64,000 nt of DNA from a virus. The notes under the pieces were generated by a model. The model searched no databases. It saw only the letters and a list, made by a program, of their open reading frames with translations, and was not told where the DNA came from. The translations under genes and the position numbers were made by a program. The stretch is from positions 1 through 64,000 of IMG/VR virus record IMGVR_UViG_3300044675_005584. One strand, written 5' to 3'. Numbering within the stretch: position 1 is the stretch's first letter; every line of letters begins with the position of its first letter. Shown here in pieces: positions 20,149 through 30,033 of the stretch.

Positions 20149-21129
20149 ATGGCATCCTTAGCAGAAATCAGAGCAAGACTAGCAGCATCAGAAAACAAAC
20201 CAGGCAGTGGTGGATCCGGCGGCGATGGATCAATTTATCCACACTGGAACATGGAAGAAGGTCAGTCGGCCACACTACGCTTCCTACCAGACGGCAACAC
20301 TAAAAACACATTCTTTTGGGCAGAACGGGCCATGATCCGATTGCCATTCAATGGCGTCAAAGGTGAGATGGAATCCAAACAAGTTTTTGTACAAGTACCT
20401 TGCGTGGAAATGTGGGGAGACACTTGTCCAGTACTTACCGAAGTAAGAACCTGGTTCAAGGACAAGAGCCTGGAAGATATGGGTCGTAAGTATTGGAAGA
20501 AACGCAGTTACATTTTCCAAGGCTTTGTGCGTGAGAATCCCTTGCACGATGACAAGACACCGGCCAACCCAATCCGTAGATTTATCATTGGTCCTCAGAT
20601 CTTTACCATTATCAAAGGTGCCTTGATGGATCCAGAATTAGAAGAATTGCCAACAGACCTGTTGCGTGGCCTGGACTTCCGTATTACCAAAGGCGCCAAA
20701 GGTGGCTTTGCTGACTACAACAGCAGTAAGTGGAGCAGAAAAGAAAGTGCCTTGACTGAAGTGGAACAGGCGGCCATTGCTGAACACGGCTTGTATGATC
20801 TTGGATCGTTCTTGCCCAAGAAGCCAACTGACGTTGAACTCAAGATTGTCAAAGAAATGTTTGAAGCAAGTGTTGATGGTCAGAGTTATGACACCGAGCG
20901 TTGGGGTACTTACTTCAGACCAGCAGGTGTATCTGCTCCAGCAGGCGCAACTCCAGCAGTGGAAACTGATGAAGATGCTCCGGCACCAGTGGCTAAACCA
21001 GCACCGGTTGCGACCAGCAACTTTGATGACGATGAACCAGCAGTGGCCACAGCACCAGTTGCGGCAAAAGCATCCACAGACAAGGCTCAAGATATCTTGG
21101 CCATGATCCGTAGCCGTCAAAAAGCGTAA
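20149..21129 (+). CDS. Single-stranded DNA-binding protein (T4 gp32-like)
   Basis: LRFLPDGN, CVEMWGDTCP, YWKKRSY, GLDFRITK, ADYNSSKW; acidic/Ala-Pro tail. Confidence 0.88.
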   Translation: MASLAEIRARLAASENKPGSGGSGGDGSIYPHWNMEEGQSATLRFLPDGNTKNTFFWAERAMIRLPFNGVKGEMESKQVFVQVPCVEMWGDTCPVLTEVRTWFKDKSLEDMGRKYWKKRSYIFQGFVRENPLHDDKTPANPIRRFIIGPQIFTIIKGALMDPELEELPTDLLRGLDFRITKGAKGGFADYNSSKWSRKESALTEVEQAAIAEHGLYDLGSFLPKKPTDVELKIVKEMFEASVDGQSYDTERWGTYFRPAGVSAPAGATPAVETDEDAPAPVAKPAPVATSNFDDDEPAVATAPVAAKASTDKAQDILAMIRSRQKA

Positions 21130-21137
21130 CTTAAAAT

Positions 21138-21162
21138 AGTCCAGGTGCTCTGCATCTGGACT
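21138..21162 (+). terminator. Stem-loop after SSB gene
   Basis: AGTCCAGGTGC-tct-GCATCTGGACT inverted repeat; weak U-tract. Confidence 0.45.
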
Positions 21163-21178
21163 TGACTATTATACAAAA

Positions 21179-22087
21179 ATGAAATTTTCTTTGGTGTTCG
21201 ATAACTCCGGCGATATTATACCTTTTGAAGTTCTATACAATCACGAATTGTTTGAGTTTTTTGTAGATAAATCAAACAAAGAAGGACAAAACAGTTTTTC
21301 AAATCGGCAAGTGTTGTTTCGAGATCTTGATAAAAAAATTACACATTTGCATTGGGCTATTTCAAAGATCAATGAAGTGTTGTATTTTTTAACGGGCAAG
21401 TCATTGGATCAACATAACAATTTAGAAAATTATTTGAACCAAGATTTCTTAAATAAGACACATTGTGATTGGGTTTTTTCTCAGGCAAATACTGTTGATA
21501 TTGATAGTCTTAGATTTAGTAACGATTCAAATTTGGCCAGAATTGGTAATCAGTTACATGACATGTATCCAGATCACATACGCATTGTAAAAGTGGCTGC
21601 TGTACTAGAAAAGTTAGGATATATATATCCATATGAAGAAGTAAACATAGGAGTACACAGGTTGGAAAATTCTTTCATCAAAACAAATTTAGAATTCAGT
21701 GCCGACAACAAATGGGAAGTGTTTCCAAATCCATTTCAGGATTCAATGGTTTCTAATAATAACGTAGTAAATTTTTCTTTTGGATACACTTATGTGGGTA
21801 GGCAATACTATAACAAGTTTCTATATTTTGATAATGATTTGAAATACCAAGACCATTACAATTATGAAACCTTGGAATTTTCATTCCAGATAAATTTACA
21901 ACAACCACAGACGATAGCGTACAGTCCTGAATCAGTTGCGTGGGCAGAAAAAAATAATATTCCGTTAATTGCTGAACAATTACCTATAGCCAATATATCA
22001 AATTTGACAGAAAATTTATTTGAGTATAGAAAACTTTTATATCGTAATTCTCGAGATAACAACCGAGCAACGCTTGTTTTAAATTAA
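21179..22087 (+). CDS. AT-rich hypothetical protein (His-motif family, related to 25226)
   Basis: 302-aa ORF; LNKTHCDW, IGVHRLE, YVGRQYY. Confidence 0.6.
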   Translation: MKFSLVFDNSGDIIPFEVLYNHELFEFFVDKSNKEGQNSFSNRQVLFRDLDKKITHLHWAISKINEVLYFLTGKSLDQHNNLENYLNQDFLNKTHCDWVFSQANTVDIDSLRFSNDSNLARIGNQLHDMYPDHIRIVKVAAVLEKLGYIYPYEEVNIGVHRLENSFIKTNLEFSADNKWEVFPNPFQDSMVSNNNVVNFSFGYTYVGRQYYNKFLYFDNDLKYQDHYNYETLEFSFQINLQQPQTIAYSPESVAWAEKNNIPLIAEQLPIANISNLTENLFEYRKLLYRNSRDNNRATLVLN

Positions 22088-22109
22088 TACACGAAAGAGA
22101 GAATATAAC

Positions 22110-23168
22110 ATGGGAAAACCATTTGACGTAAGTAAATTTAGAAGAGACATCACCAAAAGTATCGATGGTCTCAGTATTGGATTTAATGATCCCACAGACT
22201 GGATCAGCACAGGCAACTTTGCCTTGAACTATTTGATCAGCGGAGACTTCAACAGGGGTATTCCGCTGGGCAAAGTAACTGTGTTTGCTGGCGAGTCAGG
22301 TGCGGGCAAGAGTTACATCTGTTCAGGCAACATAGTCAAGAACGCACAGGATCAGGGCATCTTTGTGATCCTGGTCGATACAGAAAATGCGCTAGACGAA
22401 GATTGGCTCAAGCGATTGAACGTGGACACCAGTGAAGAAAAACTGCTCAAGCTAAACATGAGCATGATTGATGATGTGGCCAAAGCCATTAGCACATTCA
22501 TGAGCGACTACAAGGCCCTGCCAGATGGCGAGCGAATGAAAGTGTTATGGGTAATCGACAGCCTAGGCATGATGCTGACACCCACAGATGTAAATCAATT
22601 TGATGCAGGTGAAATGAAAGGTGACCTGGGTCGTAAGCCTAAAGCACTCACAGCCCTGGTGCGTAACTGTGTCAACATGTTTGGTAGTTACAATGTTGGA
22701 TTAGTGTGCACCAACCATACCTATGCCAGTCAAGACATGTTTGATCCAGATGACAAGATATCAGGCGGACAAGGATTTATCTATGCGTCAAGTATTGTAG
22801 TTGCCATGAAGAAAATGAAACTCAAAGAAGACGAAGATGGCAACAAGATCTCCGAAGTCATGGGTATCCGTGCCGGTTGTAAGGTAATGAAAACACGTTA
22901 TGCCAAGCCGTTTGAAGGCATGCAGGTCAAGATTCCATACGAAACAGGAATGAATCCTTACTCAGGCCTAACTGACTTGGCCGAGAAAAAAGGCCTGTTA
23001 AAGAAAGATGGTAATAGACTGATGTTTGTTACTAGCGATGGCGAAATCATCAAACAGTTCCGCAAGGCCTGGGAATCAAACGAAGCTGGCTGTCTCGACA
23101 AGGTCATGGCAGACTTTGTAAATCAGAAAGAAACGGTAAGTACAGAAGAAACTGCAACGGAGGAATAA
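22110..23168 (+). CDS. uvsX: RecA-like recombinase UvsX
   Basis: GESGAGKS Walker A, VDTENA, VIDSLGM, TNHTY, ISGGQG. Confidence 0.93.
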   Translation: MGKPFDVSKFRRDITKSIDGLSIGFNDPTDWISTGNFALNYLISGDFNRGIPLGKVTVFAGESGAGKSYICSGNIVKNAQDQGIFVILVDTENALDEDWLKRLNVDTSEEKLLKLNMSMIDDVAKAISTFMSDYKALPDGERMKVLWVIDSLGMMLTPTDVNQFDAGEMKGDLGRKPKALTALVRNCVNMFGSYNVGLVCTNHTYASQDMFDPDDKISGGQGFIYASSIVVAMKKMKLKEDEDGNKISEVMGIRAGCKVMKTRYAKPFEGMQVKIPYETGMNPYSGLTDLAEKKGLLKKDGNRLMFVTSDGEIIKQFRKAWESNEAGCLDKVMADFVNQKETVSTEETATEE

Positions 23169-23170
23169 CA

Positions 23171-23431
23171 ATGAGCATTGAACTAAGTCGAGAAATTTGG
23201 AGTGAATTAAAACGCTATATCAACACAGTTGATCGTGATGAAGCTGCTGAGACACTAGTAGCTGTGTTAATTGACAACGATGGTGCCGCAGACGAAATTA
23301 AATCGGTCTTCAAGACTGATCCAGACATCAAACGTGCCTTGGCCAGTTATCTCAAAGATCATGCTGATGACGAAGATGATGACGAGGATCTACACGACGA
23401 TGAGGATGATCCATACAGCGATCAGTACTGA
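23171..23431 (+). CDS. Small acidic hypothetical protein
   Basis: GGAGG RBS; Asp-rich tail. Confidence 0.6.
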   Translation: MSIELSREIWSELKRYINTVDRDEAAETLVAVLIDNDGAADEIKSVFKTDPDIKRALASYLKDHADDEDDDEDLHDDEDDPYSDQY

Positions 23432-23883
23432 TGTGGTATAGTCGAGTAGTAGCAGATCTCTCTGCGATTCCTGATTTCATAAGCTATTATGAACAGGAAT
23501 TGCTGTCAGCTAAAAAAGAATGTCATGTGGGCGGCTTGGTTGAAAAAAACATAACCAACTTGCCCGGCATCACTGAACACAGATTTAATCAACTGCAAGA
23601 GATCGAAGCGGTACTGAATCTTCTCAACATACAGTTGAGAAAGATCCGTCGCAAGCACTTCCAAAAGTATCTGGAAGGATATGCCAGGGCATTGACTGCT
23701 CGAGACGCTGAAAAGTATGTGGATGGCGAAGACGAAGTAATTGACTTTGAAACACTAATCAATGAAGTGGCATTGTTACGCAACAAATTCCTGGGCATCA
23801 TCAAGGCATTCGAAAGCAAGAATTTTATGCTAGGGCATGTGGTACGCCTTAGAGCCGCTGGGATGGAAGATATCCAGGTATGA
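23431..23883 (+). CDS. uvsY: Recombination mediator UvsY-like
   Basis: Helical 150 aa, AEKYVDGEDE, ends LRAAGMED; near uvsX. Confidence 0.7.
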   Translation: MWYSRVVADLSAIPDFISYYEQELLSAKKECHVGGLVEKNITNLPGITEHRFNQLQEIEAVLNLLNIQLRKIRRKHFQKYLEGYARALTARDAEKYVDGEDEVIDFETLINEVALLRNKFLGIIKAFESKNFMLGHVVRLRAAGMEDIQV

Positions 23884-23905
23884 TCGTGTAGTTCAAATTC
23901 AAACA

Positions 23906-23931
23906 GAAGCCCTACTAAGTGGGGTTTTTTT
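23906..23931 (+). terminator. Rho-independent terminator
   Basis: AAGCCCTAC-taa-GTGGGGTT followed by T-run. Confidence 0.7.
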
Positions 23932-23935
23932 ATGG

Positions 23936-23964
23936 TTGACCCCAAATGCTTTTTAGCTTATAAT
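23936..23964 (+). promoter_or_regulatory. Sigma70-type early promoter
   Basis: TTGACC-N17-TATAAT. Confidence 0.75.
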
Positions 23965-24003
23965 AGCTTTATGAAATCAAGTGCTGTAGACCTAGCGTTT
24001 ACG

Positions 24004-24027
24004 GAGTGTTGTTTTTATGCAACACTC
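24004..24027. promoter_or_regulatory. Operator-like inverted repeat GAGTGTTG-N8-CAACACTC
   Basis: Perfect 8-bp arms upstream of promoter; same core recurs at 55682 and 55706. Confidence 0.6.
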
Positions 24028-24049
24028 AAAAAACAGTAGAATACAGTGG

Positions 24050-24078
24050 TTGACCCAAAATACGCCATTTGTTATAAT
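24050..24078 (+). promoter_or_regulatory. Sigma70-type early promoter
   Basis: TTGACC-N17-TATAAT, followed by AGGAG RBS. Confidence 0.8.
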
Positions 24079-24109
24079 AGTAGTATAGTAACTAAACAGG
24101 AGCAGAAAA

Positions 24110-25129
24110 TTGAGTAAAGTCAATATTAAAAACGGAACATACCGTAACCAACCCGTAAGGGACGTAGCATTTACCCTGGTAAAAGGTTTACAAACCGGTA
24201 CCCGAGGTAGTTTTGTAACAGTGGACAGTGATGGCTATTTTGGTCCAGATCATGATGTAGTCCGCGTCAAGGTAGACAGTATCGAAGATGTAGAGTTTGT
24301 AGGAGGAGACACAGCAACAGCCGTTCCAGTAGTTAAAACAGTCGCTCCAGTGGAGACTGACGACGAAGTAATGGCCCGTATCGGCGAACGCTTCGATATC
24401 TTGGATCAAATGACCAAGGCCACCATTGCTGGCGATGTTAGAGCAATGATCGTGGTTGGGCCTCCTGGAGTAGGCAAGAGTTACGGTGTAGAAAAACAAC
24501 TAGAACAGTCAGGTCTTTTTGACAAGTTAGCTGGACGTAGAATCAAGTATGAAATTATCAAGGGTGCAATGACTCCAATCGGCCTGTACTGTACCTTGTA
24601 CAAGAGTTCGGATCCGTGTAATGTGCTGGTATTTGATGACTGTGATAGTGTATTCCAAGATGACTTGAGCTTGAACATTCTCAAGGCGGCCCTGGATTCA
24701 GGCAAGAAGCGTAGAATCTACTGGAACAGCGATAGTGCCATGCTAAGACGTGAAGGTGTTCCTGACTGTTTTGACTTCAAGGGTGCCTGTATCTTTATCA
24801 CCAACTTGCAGTTCCAGAATCTCAAAAGCAAGAAGCTACAAGACCACTTGGCGGCCTTACAGAGTCGGTGTCACTTTCTTGATCTTACTTTGAACACACA
24901 ACGTGACCGTTTCTTGCGTATCAAACAGATCTTCCGCAAGGGCGACCTGTTCCAGGACTATGATTTTACACCTGAACAAGGTGAAGAGATCTTGGCATTC
25001 ATGGACCAGAACAAGAATCGCCTGAGAGAAATGAGCCTGCGCATGGCACTCAAGATTGCAGACTTGACCAAGGTTAGTGCAACCAACTGGAAGGCACTTG
25101 CGGCATCAACATGTATGAACAATGCATAA
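24110..25129 (+). CDS. AAA+/P-loop ATPase
   Basis: GPPGVGKS Walker A, LVFDDCD Walker B, IFITN sensor, ALQSR arginine finger; TTG start after AGGAG. Confidence 0.85.
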   Translation: MSKVNIKNGTYRNQPVRDVAFTLVKGLQTGTRGSFVTVDSDGYFGPDHDVVRVKVDSIEDVEFVGGDTATAVPVVKTVAPVETDDEVMARIGERFDILDQMTKATIAGDVRAMIVVGPPGVGKSYGVEKQLEQSGLFDKLAGRRIKYEIIKGAMTPIGLYCTLYKSSDPCNVLVFDDCDSVFQDDLSLNILKAALDSGKKRRIYWNSDSAMLRREGVPDCFDFKGACIFITNLQFQNLKSKKLQDHLAALQSRCHFLDLTLNTQRDRFLRIKQIFRKGDLFQDYDFTPEQGEEILAFMDQNKNRLREMSLRMALKIADLTKVSATNWKALAASTCMNNA

Positions 25130-25140
25130 ACAGTAGCTCC

Positions 25141-25194
25141 TGGACAGTATTAATACTGTCCATTTTACACAGGCACTTAGGTGCCTGTTTTTTT
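25141..25194 (+). terminator. 22-bp perfect palindrome followed by Rho-independent terminator
   Basis: TGGACAGTATTAATACTGTCCA, then ACAGGCAC-ttag-GTGCCTGT-TTTTTT. Confidence 0.8.
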
Positions 25195-25225
25195 AATATT
25201 AGCAAAAGGCTTCAATAAATAACTT

Positions 25226-26026
25226 ATGAAATTATTGTTTTCAAACAATGAAGCTATTGATTTTCACATAGACGATAGTCCTTTGGGACTAATGTATCAA
25301 AAAATTTATAAGAATCTTTCAAAAGTGCCAATTCCGTGGCGACCATGGGACAATCCTTGTTACAAGGAAAATTTAACTTACTCAGAAATGGTCGATCACT
25401 TGGTGCATTATGCACAAAACTTATCAATTGATATTGATACCGCAAAATGTATCAACCGTGACCAAGACTATTTTAATAGCATACACAAAATTTACGAAGA
25501 CAATTATAACGGTAATCCAGTCTGGCTAGACTTTCATGAACATATTCATTTGTGCGAGTACTATAACTATCCACCTAAGGAATTTTTGTGCATAGATTAT
25601 CGAGAAAAATCTGGATTGTTAGAAAAACCCATGGATCCAATTTGGTTACTTAATACCACAACAAAAATTTGTGCTGGAGACATATACGTGCGATGGGCCG
25701 AGTTAGGCAAAACTCCTTACCACTATTGGGAAAATAACGAACCCAATGACCTGCAACGGATGTGTCAATTGGCCAAACCGTGGTTAAAACTTAGACCAAA
25801 CATACATATAGCACTTAAAGATATAGATACATTGAAAGATATACAGTGTAACAACTTTGCAACCTGGTGGAAAACTTATCAAACCGGGTGGACAGCACAC
25901 TGGAATATATCCAAGTGGACTATTGACGATATTTTTGGAGTCAGTGTATTCGGAAAAACAACTCAGACTGCTTTATTAAAAAAGCAATTAAAAAATAATT
26001 TGATTCCAACCAAGATTACCCTGTAA
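25226..26026 (+). CDS. AT-rich hypothetical protein (His-motif family, related to 21179)
   Basis: FNSIHKIYE, HEHIHLCE, WAELGKTP; TAAATA-N4-ATG. Confidence 0.6.
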   Translation: MKLLFSNNEAIDFHIDDSPLGLMYQKIYKNLSKVPIPWRPWDNPCYKENLTYSEMVDHLVHYAQNLSIDIDTAKCINRDQDYFNSIHKIYEDNYNGNPVWLDFHEHIHLCEYYNYPPKEFLCIDYREKSGLLEKPMDPIWLLNTTTKICAGDIYVRWAELGKTPYHYWENNEPNDLQRMCQLAKPWLKLRPNIHIALKDIDTLKDIQCNNFATWWKTYQTGWTAHWNISKWTIDDIFGVSVFGKTTQTALLKKQLKNNLIPTKITL

Positions 26027-27180
26027 TGACCTGGCCAGTAATTATTAAAGATGGACCCGACAGAAATCAAACTTTAGCAACCATAAAGTTTGACACGTTT
26101 GGTAACAACACCAACCAGCAAATTTTTATTTGCAAAGAGTGGACAGAAGGATTTACCTGGGTCAAACAACAAGGCCACACTCAGGCTCTTTTTGTCAAAA
26201 GCGGAACCATAATCACTGATTGGGTACAATGGAAACAACTAGTTGATCAGTATCCACACTATGGTTTGATTGCTCATTTAATTTGGCACCCAGAGCAACT
26301 GTTATATCTTGACGACCAATGTTGGTTCATGAATATCAACAATTTTGAAGTTGATGATTTTACACTTACAAAAGTTAATCATCCCTTACCGGTAAGAAGT
26401 GACCAGAATTTGCACGACGATTACACACCATTGTGGGTTAGGCCGAGCGTGAATCAAACTGAATATCTTGTTACTAATTTTGGGCAAGGATTGATAGCTC
26501 GTCAATTACAAAATAATCGACCTATTGTAAATTGGAATAATTCTGCTAGAGATTTGAAATCATACCTCTACAACAGACCACTAGACTTATCTAAATTTCA
26601 AGACTACAAAGATATTGCTGAAAATCAATTATGGATTTTCAATAATGAGCCTATTGTAGTGGTCAAAAAAGCTAACATAGTGTCACCAGGGTCAGGATTG
26701 TCTTGGATACTAAACTGTTTAGATCCTGCCACAACTGAAATACAAATAGTCGATATAAGCAACATACAGATTAAATTTTGCCAGGCGTTGTGGAATACGT
26801 GGACAGGTGTTGACTATGGAAATTTTGTTTGGAATTTTATTGAAGAAAATAAACTTGTACATTATGAATTAGACAACCCTGATTTAACTCCATTGGAGAG
26901 ACTAAAGTTAAAAGGAAAAACAAAATTTATAGAATATGTCAATGATAGATTTAACACCATTGTCGATAAAAATTTTGAAGCCCAGTGGTTGATAGCAAAA
27001 CAAACAAAACAAGTTAATTTTTGTAATGATAATTTAATCAACTGGGTATTGGTCAATGACACCGATAAGTATGATAACATATGGTGTTCAAACATACTAG
27101 AATATAAATGGACACTTTTACATACCACTGTTGAACAGTATAACATATTTCAAGAAAAAATATGCAAAAGCAAAAAATAA
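26026..27180 (+). CDS. AT-rich hypothetical protein
   Basis: 384-aa ORF translationally coupled; HDDYTPLWV motif. Confidence 0.6.
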   Translation: MTWPVIIKDGPDRNQTLATIKFDTFGNNTNQQIFICKEWTEGFTWVKQQGHTQALFVKSGTIITDWVQWKQLVDQYPHYGLIAHLIWHPEQLLYLDDQCWFMNINNFEVDDFTLTKVNHPLPVRSDQNLHDDYTPLWVRPSVNQTEYLVTNFGQGLIARQLQNNRPIVNWNNSARDLKSYLYNRPLDLSKFQDYKDIAENQLWIFNNEPIVVVKKANIVSPGSGLSWILNCLDPATTEIQIVDISNIQIKFCQALWNTWTGVDYGNFVWNFIEENKLVHYELDNPDLTPLERLKLKGKTKFIEYVNDRFNTIVDKNFEAQWLIAKQTKQVNFCNDNLINWVLVNDTDKYDNIWCSNILEYKWTLLHTTVEQYNIFQEKICKSKK

Positions 27181-27887
27181 GCCAGTTAATGGCTAAAAAA
27201 TATATTGAATATCAATATCAATTGCCTGAATACAATTCAATGGCAGACTTTAATTGGATACAATCTTGGTCAGGACTACCATGGTTGCCGTTAACTTTAT
27301 CAATCCCGCATGAATCTATTTTGGCAGAAATTAAAAATATAGAACCATTACTGTCAATACATCGTGATGACTATGGTGAGCATTTTGGGTGGAAGAGTTT
27401 TTGCATTCATGGTAAAGCATATAACGCCACTAGAGAAACTGAATACTACGCAGACCATCGCCCATACAACTGGACACAAGAAGCACAAACACTTATGCCT
27501 GCAACTGTTGACTATTTTAAAACACAATGGCCAGGCGATCAATTTGGGAGATTACGTGTTATGCTTTTAGAGCCCGGGGGGTATGTAAGCATTCATCAAG
27601 ACTACACAACCCCAGGGCTAACTGCAATTAATATTGCTATAACTCAACCTATTGGTTGTAATTTTGTTATGGAGAAAAAAGGAACTGTGCCGTTTGCTCC
27701 AGGTACAGCTTTTTGGTTGGATATTTCCAATAATCATACCGTTTTTAATAATAGTGATCAAAATCGTTGGCATATTATTGTCCATCAAAATATTAAAAAT
27801 CTAAAATTTCAAGAAGAGGTTGTAAAATCTTACAATACAATGTATAATAATTACAATGAGAACAGCCACAATAATCATACGAGATGA
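27162..27887 (+). CDS. Aspartyl/asparaginyl beta-hydroxylase-like 2OG-Fe(II) oxygenase
   Basis: RVMLLEPGGYVSIHQD (HxD), NHTVFNNS, RWHIIVH. Confidence 0.75.
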   Translation: MQKQKISQLMAKKYIEYQYQLPEYNSMADFNWIQSWSGLPWLPLTLSIPHESILAEIKNIEPLLSIHRDDYGEHFGWKSFCIHGKAYNATRETEYYADHRPYNWTQEAQTLMPATVDYFKTQWPGDQFGRLRVMLLEPGGYVSIHQDYTTPGLTAINIAITQPIGCNFVMEKKGTVPFAPGTAFWLDISNNHTVFNNSDQNRWHIIVHQNIKNLKFQEEVVKSYNTMYNNYNENSHNNHTR

Positions 27888-29316
27888 AGTCAACGTCAAG
27901 ATAGAAGGCTTAGAACTTGATGCTCGCCGTGCCCTGGTTAACGCATTCAAGTATGATGTTCCGGGTGCTAGATATCTTCCTGCTGTTAGACTAGGCAGGT
28001 GGGATGGCAAGGTCAGTTACTTCCAGTTAGGCGGTAGCAGTTATGTAAACCTACTGCCCGAGATCATTCCTATCTTGGAAAAGTTCAATTATGATATTGA
28101 ACTGGATGACCAAAGAGAGTACAGCACCACATTTGAATTTTCTGAAGTGACAGAAAGCACATTCAGTCACATTGCCTGGGGCAAGGGTCATCCGTTAGAA
28201 GGTCAACCCATGGTCATGCGTGACTACCAAGTGGAAGTGATCAATCGCTTCCTGGCCAATCCACAATGCATACAAGAAATAGCAACCGGCGCTGGTAAAA
28301 CAGTAATCACAGCTGCCTTGAGCAATGCCGTGGCACCGCATGGACGTACGATCATCATTGTTCCAAATAAAAGCCTGGTAACACAAACAGAACGAGACTA
28401 CATCAACATGCAACAGGATGTGGGTGTGTTTTTTGGAGACCGCAAGGAGTGGGGTCGCCAGCATACCATCTGTACTTGGCAAAGTTTAAATGTGCTATTA
28501 AAAAACACCAAGAACAGCGTGGGCGATGTCACCATACAAGAGTTCTTGGAAGATGTAGTATGTGTCATTGTTGATGAAGTACACATGGCCAAGGCCGACG
28601 CATTAAAGACCTTGTTAACTGGTGTCATGAGCCGTGTGCCATTGCGCTGGGGACTCACAGGAACTGTGCCCAAGGAACCCTACGAATTCCAAGCACTCAA
28701 ATGCAGTCTCGGCCCGGTTATCAATCAGCTCAGTGCCAGCGAACTACAGGACCGTGGTGTACTGGCACAATGCCATGTAAATGTGGTGCAGTTGGTAGAC
28801 CATGCTGAGTTTACCAACTATCAAAGTGAATTAAAGTTCTTGTTAGAAGAACCCGATCGACTCAAGACCATGGCTGGATTAATAGCACAGGTCAACGCCA
28901 CAGGCAATACCTTGGTGTTAGTAGACCGTGTGGCCGCAGGACATGCCTTGGCTGAACTGCTAGGCGAAGCGGCAGTATTTGTATCAGGAGCAACCAAAGC
29001 AAAGGCCAGACAGGATGAATACGATGAGATTAGCGTCAGTAGTGGTAAGATTATTATTGCTACCTATGGCATTGCTGCTGTTGGTATTAATATTCCTAGG
29101 ATATTCAATCTTGTGCTTATTGAACCGGGCAAATCCTTTGTCAGGGTTATACAGTCGATCGGGCGGGGCATTCGCAAGGCCGAAGACAAAGACCACGTGG
29201 AAATCTGGGACGTGACCAGCACTTGCAAGTTTGCAAAAAGACACCTGACCAAACGCAAAGTATTTTATAAGGAAGCCAACTATCCATTCACACAAGAAAA
29301 GCTGGAATGGAAATGA
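27856..29316 (+). CDS. uvsW: SF2 helicase UvsW-like
   Basis: MRDYQ, ATGAGKT, DEVH, GLTGT, QSIGRGIR. Confidence 0.9.
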   Translation: MRTATIIIRDEVNVKIEGLELDARRALVNAFKYDVPGARYLPAVRLGRWDGKVSYFQLGGSSYVNLLPEIIPILEKFNYDIELDDQREYSTTFEFSEVTESTFSHIAWGKGHPLEGQPMVMRDYQVEVINRFLANPQCIQEIATGAGKTVITAALSNAVAPHGRTIIIVPNKSLVTQTERDYINMQQDVGVFFGDRKEWGRQHTICTWQSLNVLLKNTKNSVGDVTIQEFLEDVVCVIVDEVHMAKADALKTLLTGVMSRVPLRWGLTGTVPKEPYEFQALKCSLGPVINQLSASELQDRGVLAQCHVNVVQLVDHAEFTNYQSELKFLLEEPDRLKTMAGLIAQVNATGNTLVLVDRVAAGHALAELLGEAAVFVSGATKAKARQDEYDEISVSSGKIIIATYGIAAVGINIPRIFNLVLIEPGKSFVRVIQSIGRGIRKAEDKDHVEIWDVTSTCKFAKRHLTKRKVFYKEANYPFTQEKLEWK

Positions 29317-30002
29317 CAACTGTGTACTCGTTAGGGTGCAGTTTCATGAGTTCAGACACTCGTTGGCCTGAGCAACCCAGTTTCCTAGATCAGTATGCTG
29401 ACTATCGTGGGTGGCAACATGTGAGTCTAGCCAGACCTGGAGCCACCAACTTGTGCATACATCTGCAGATAGAACGTGCCATACAGGATCATGCCGATTA
29501 TGTCATAATAGGTGCAACCAGCAGTGACCGTATTGACGTCGCAGGCAACGCCTACAGTCAAAACTTGCCCATTAGATTAGATCTGATACACTATGCCAAC
29601 TATCATGCTGCCAGCGAACAGTGGGTCGATCACACACAGGCCTGTATCATAAGTGATACACTCAACAACGTAATCGAGCACAGCTATACGGATTTAGATG
29701 TTACAACAAAAAACACCGTCAAGCAATACCTACGTGATGTACACAACTTTGATATAGAAGATCGACGAAACTACTACATCATTCGGGACGGACTACGCGA
29801 ACTTGAGCGGGCTGGCATTCCGTATTTGTTCATTCCAGGCCCGTTGTTTTATTTTGATTGGTCAGGATTCTCAGTCTGGCAAGGCACACAACCCTGGGAC
29901 ATGCCCGACGGAGTTGGAACCAGAATAATCAATCATAATCCACCCAGCGCACACAAGAAGTTTTTTGATCTTGTTGTGCAACAAACAGCCGAATGGGCTT
30001 GA
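29313..30002 (+). CDS. SGNH-like hydrolase-fold protein
   Basis: LGCSFMS, SLARPGATN, NHNP; ATG overlaps uvsW stop. Confidence 0.55.
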   Translation: MTTVYSLGCSFMSSDTRWPEQPSFLDQYADYRGWQHVSLARPGATNLCIHLQIERAIQDHADYVIIGATSSDRIDVAGNAYSQNLPIRLDLIHYANYHAASEQWVDHTQACIISDTLNNVIEHSYTDLDVTTKNTVKQYLRDVHNFDIEDRRNYYIIRDGLRELERAGIPYLFIPGPLFYFDWSGFSVWQGTQPWDMPDGVGTRIINHNPPSAHKKFFDLVVQQTAEWA

Positions 30003-30033
30003 CTTTTACCTTTAATTACTATAATATACAACT

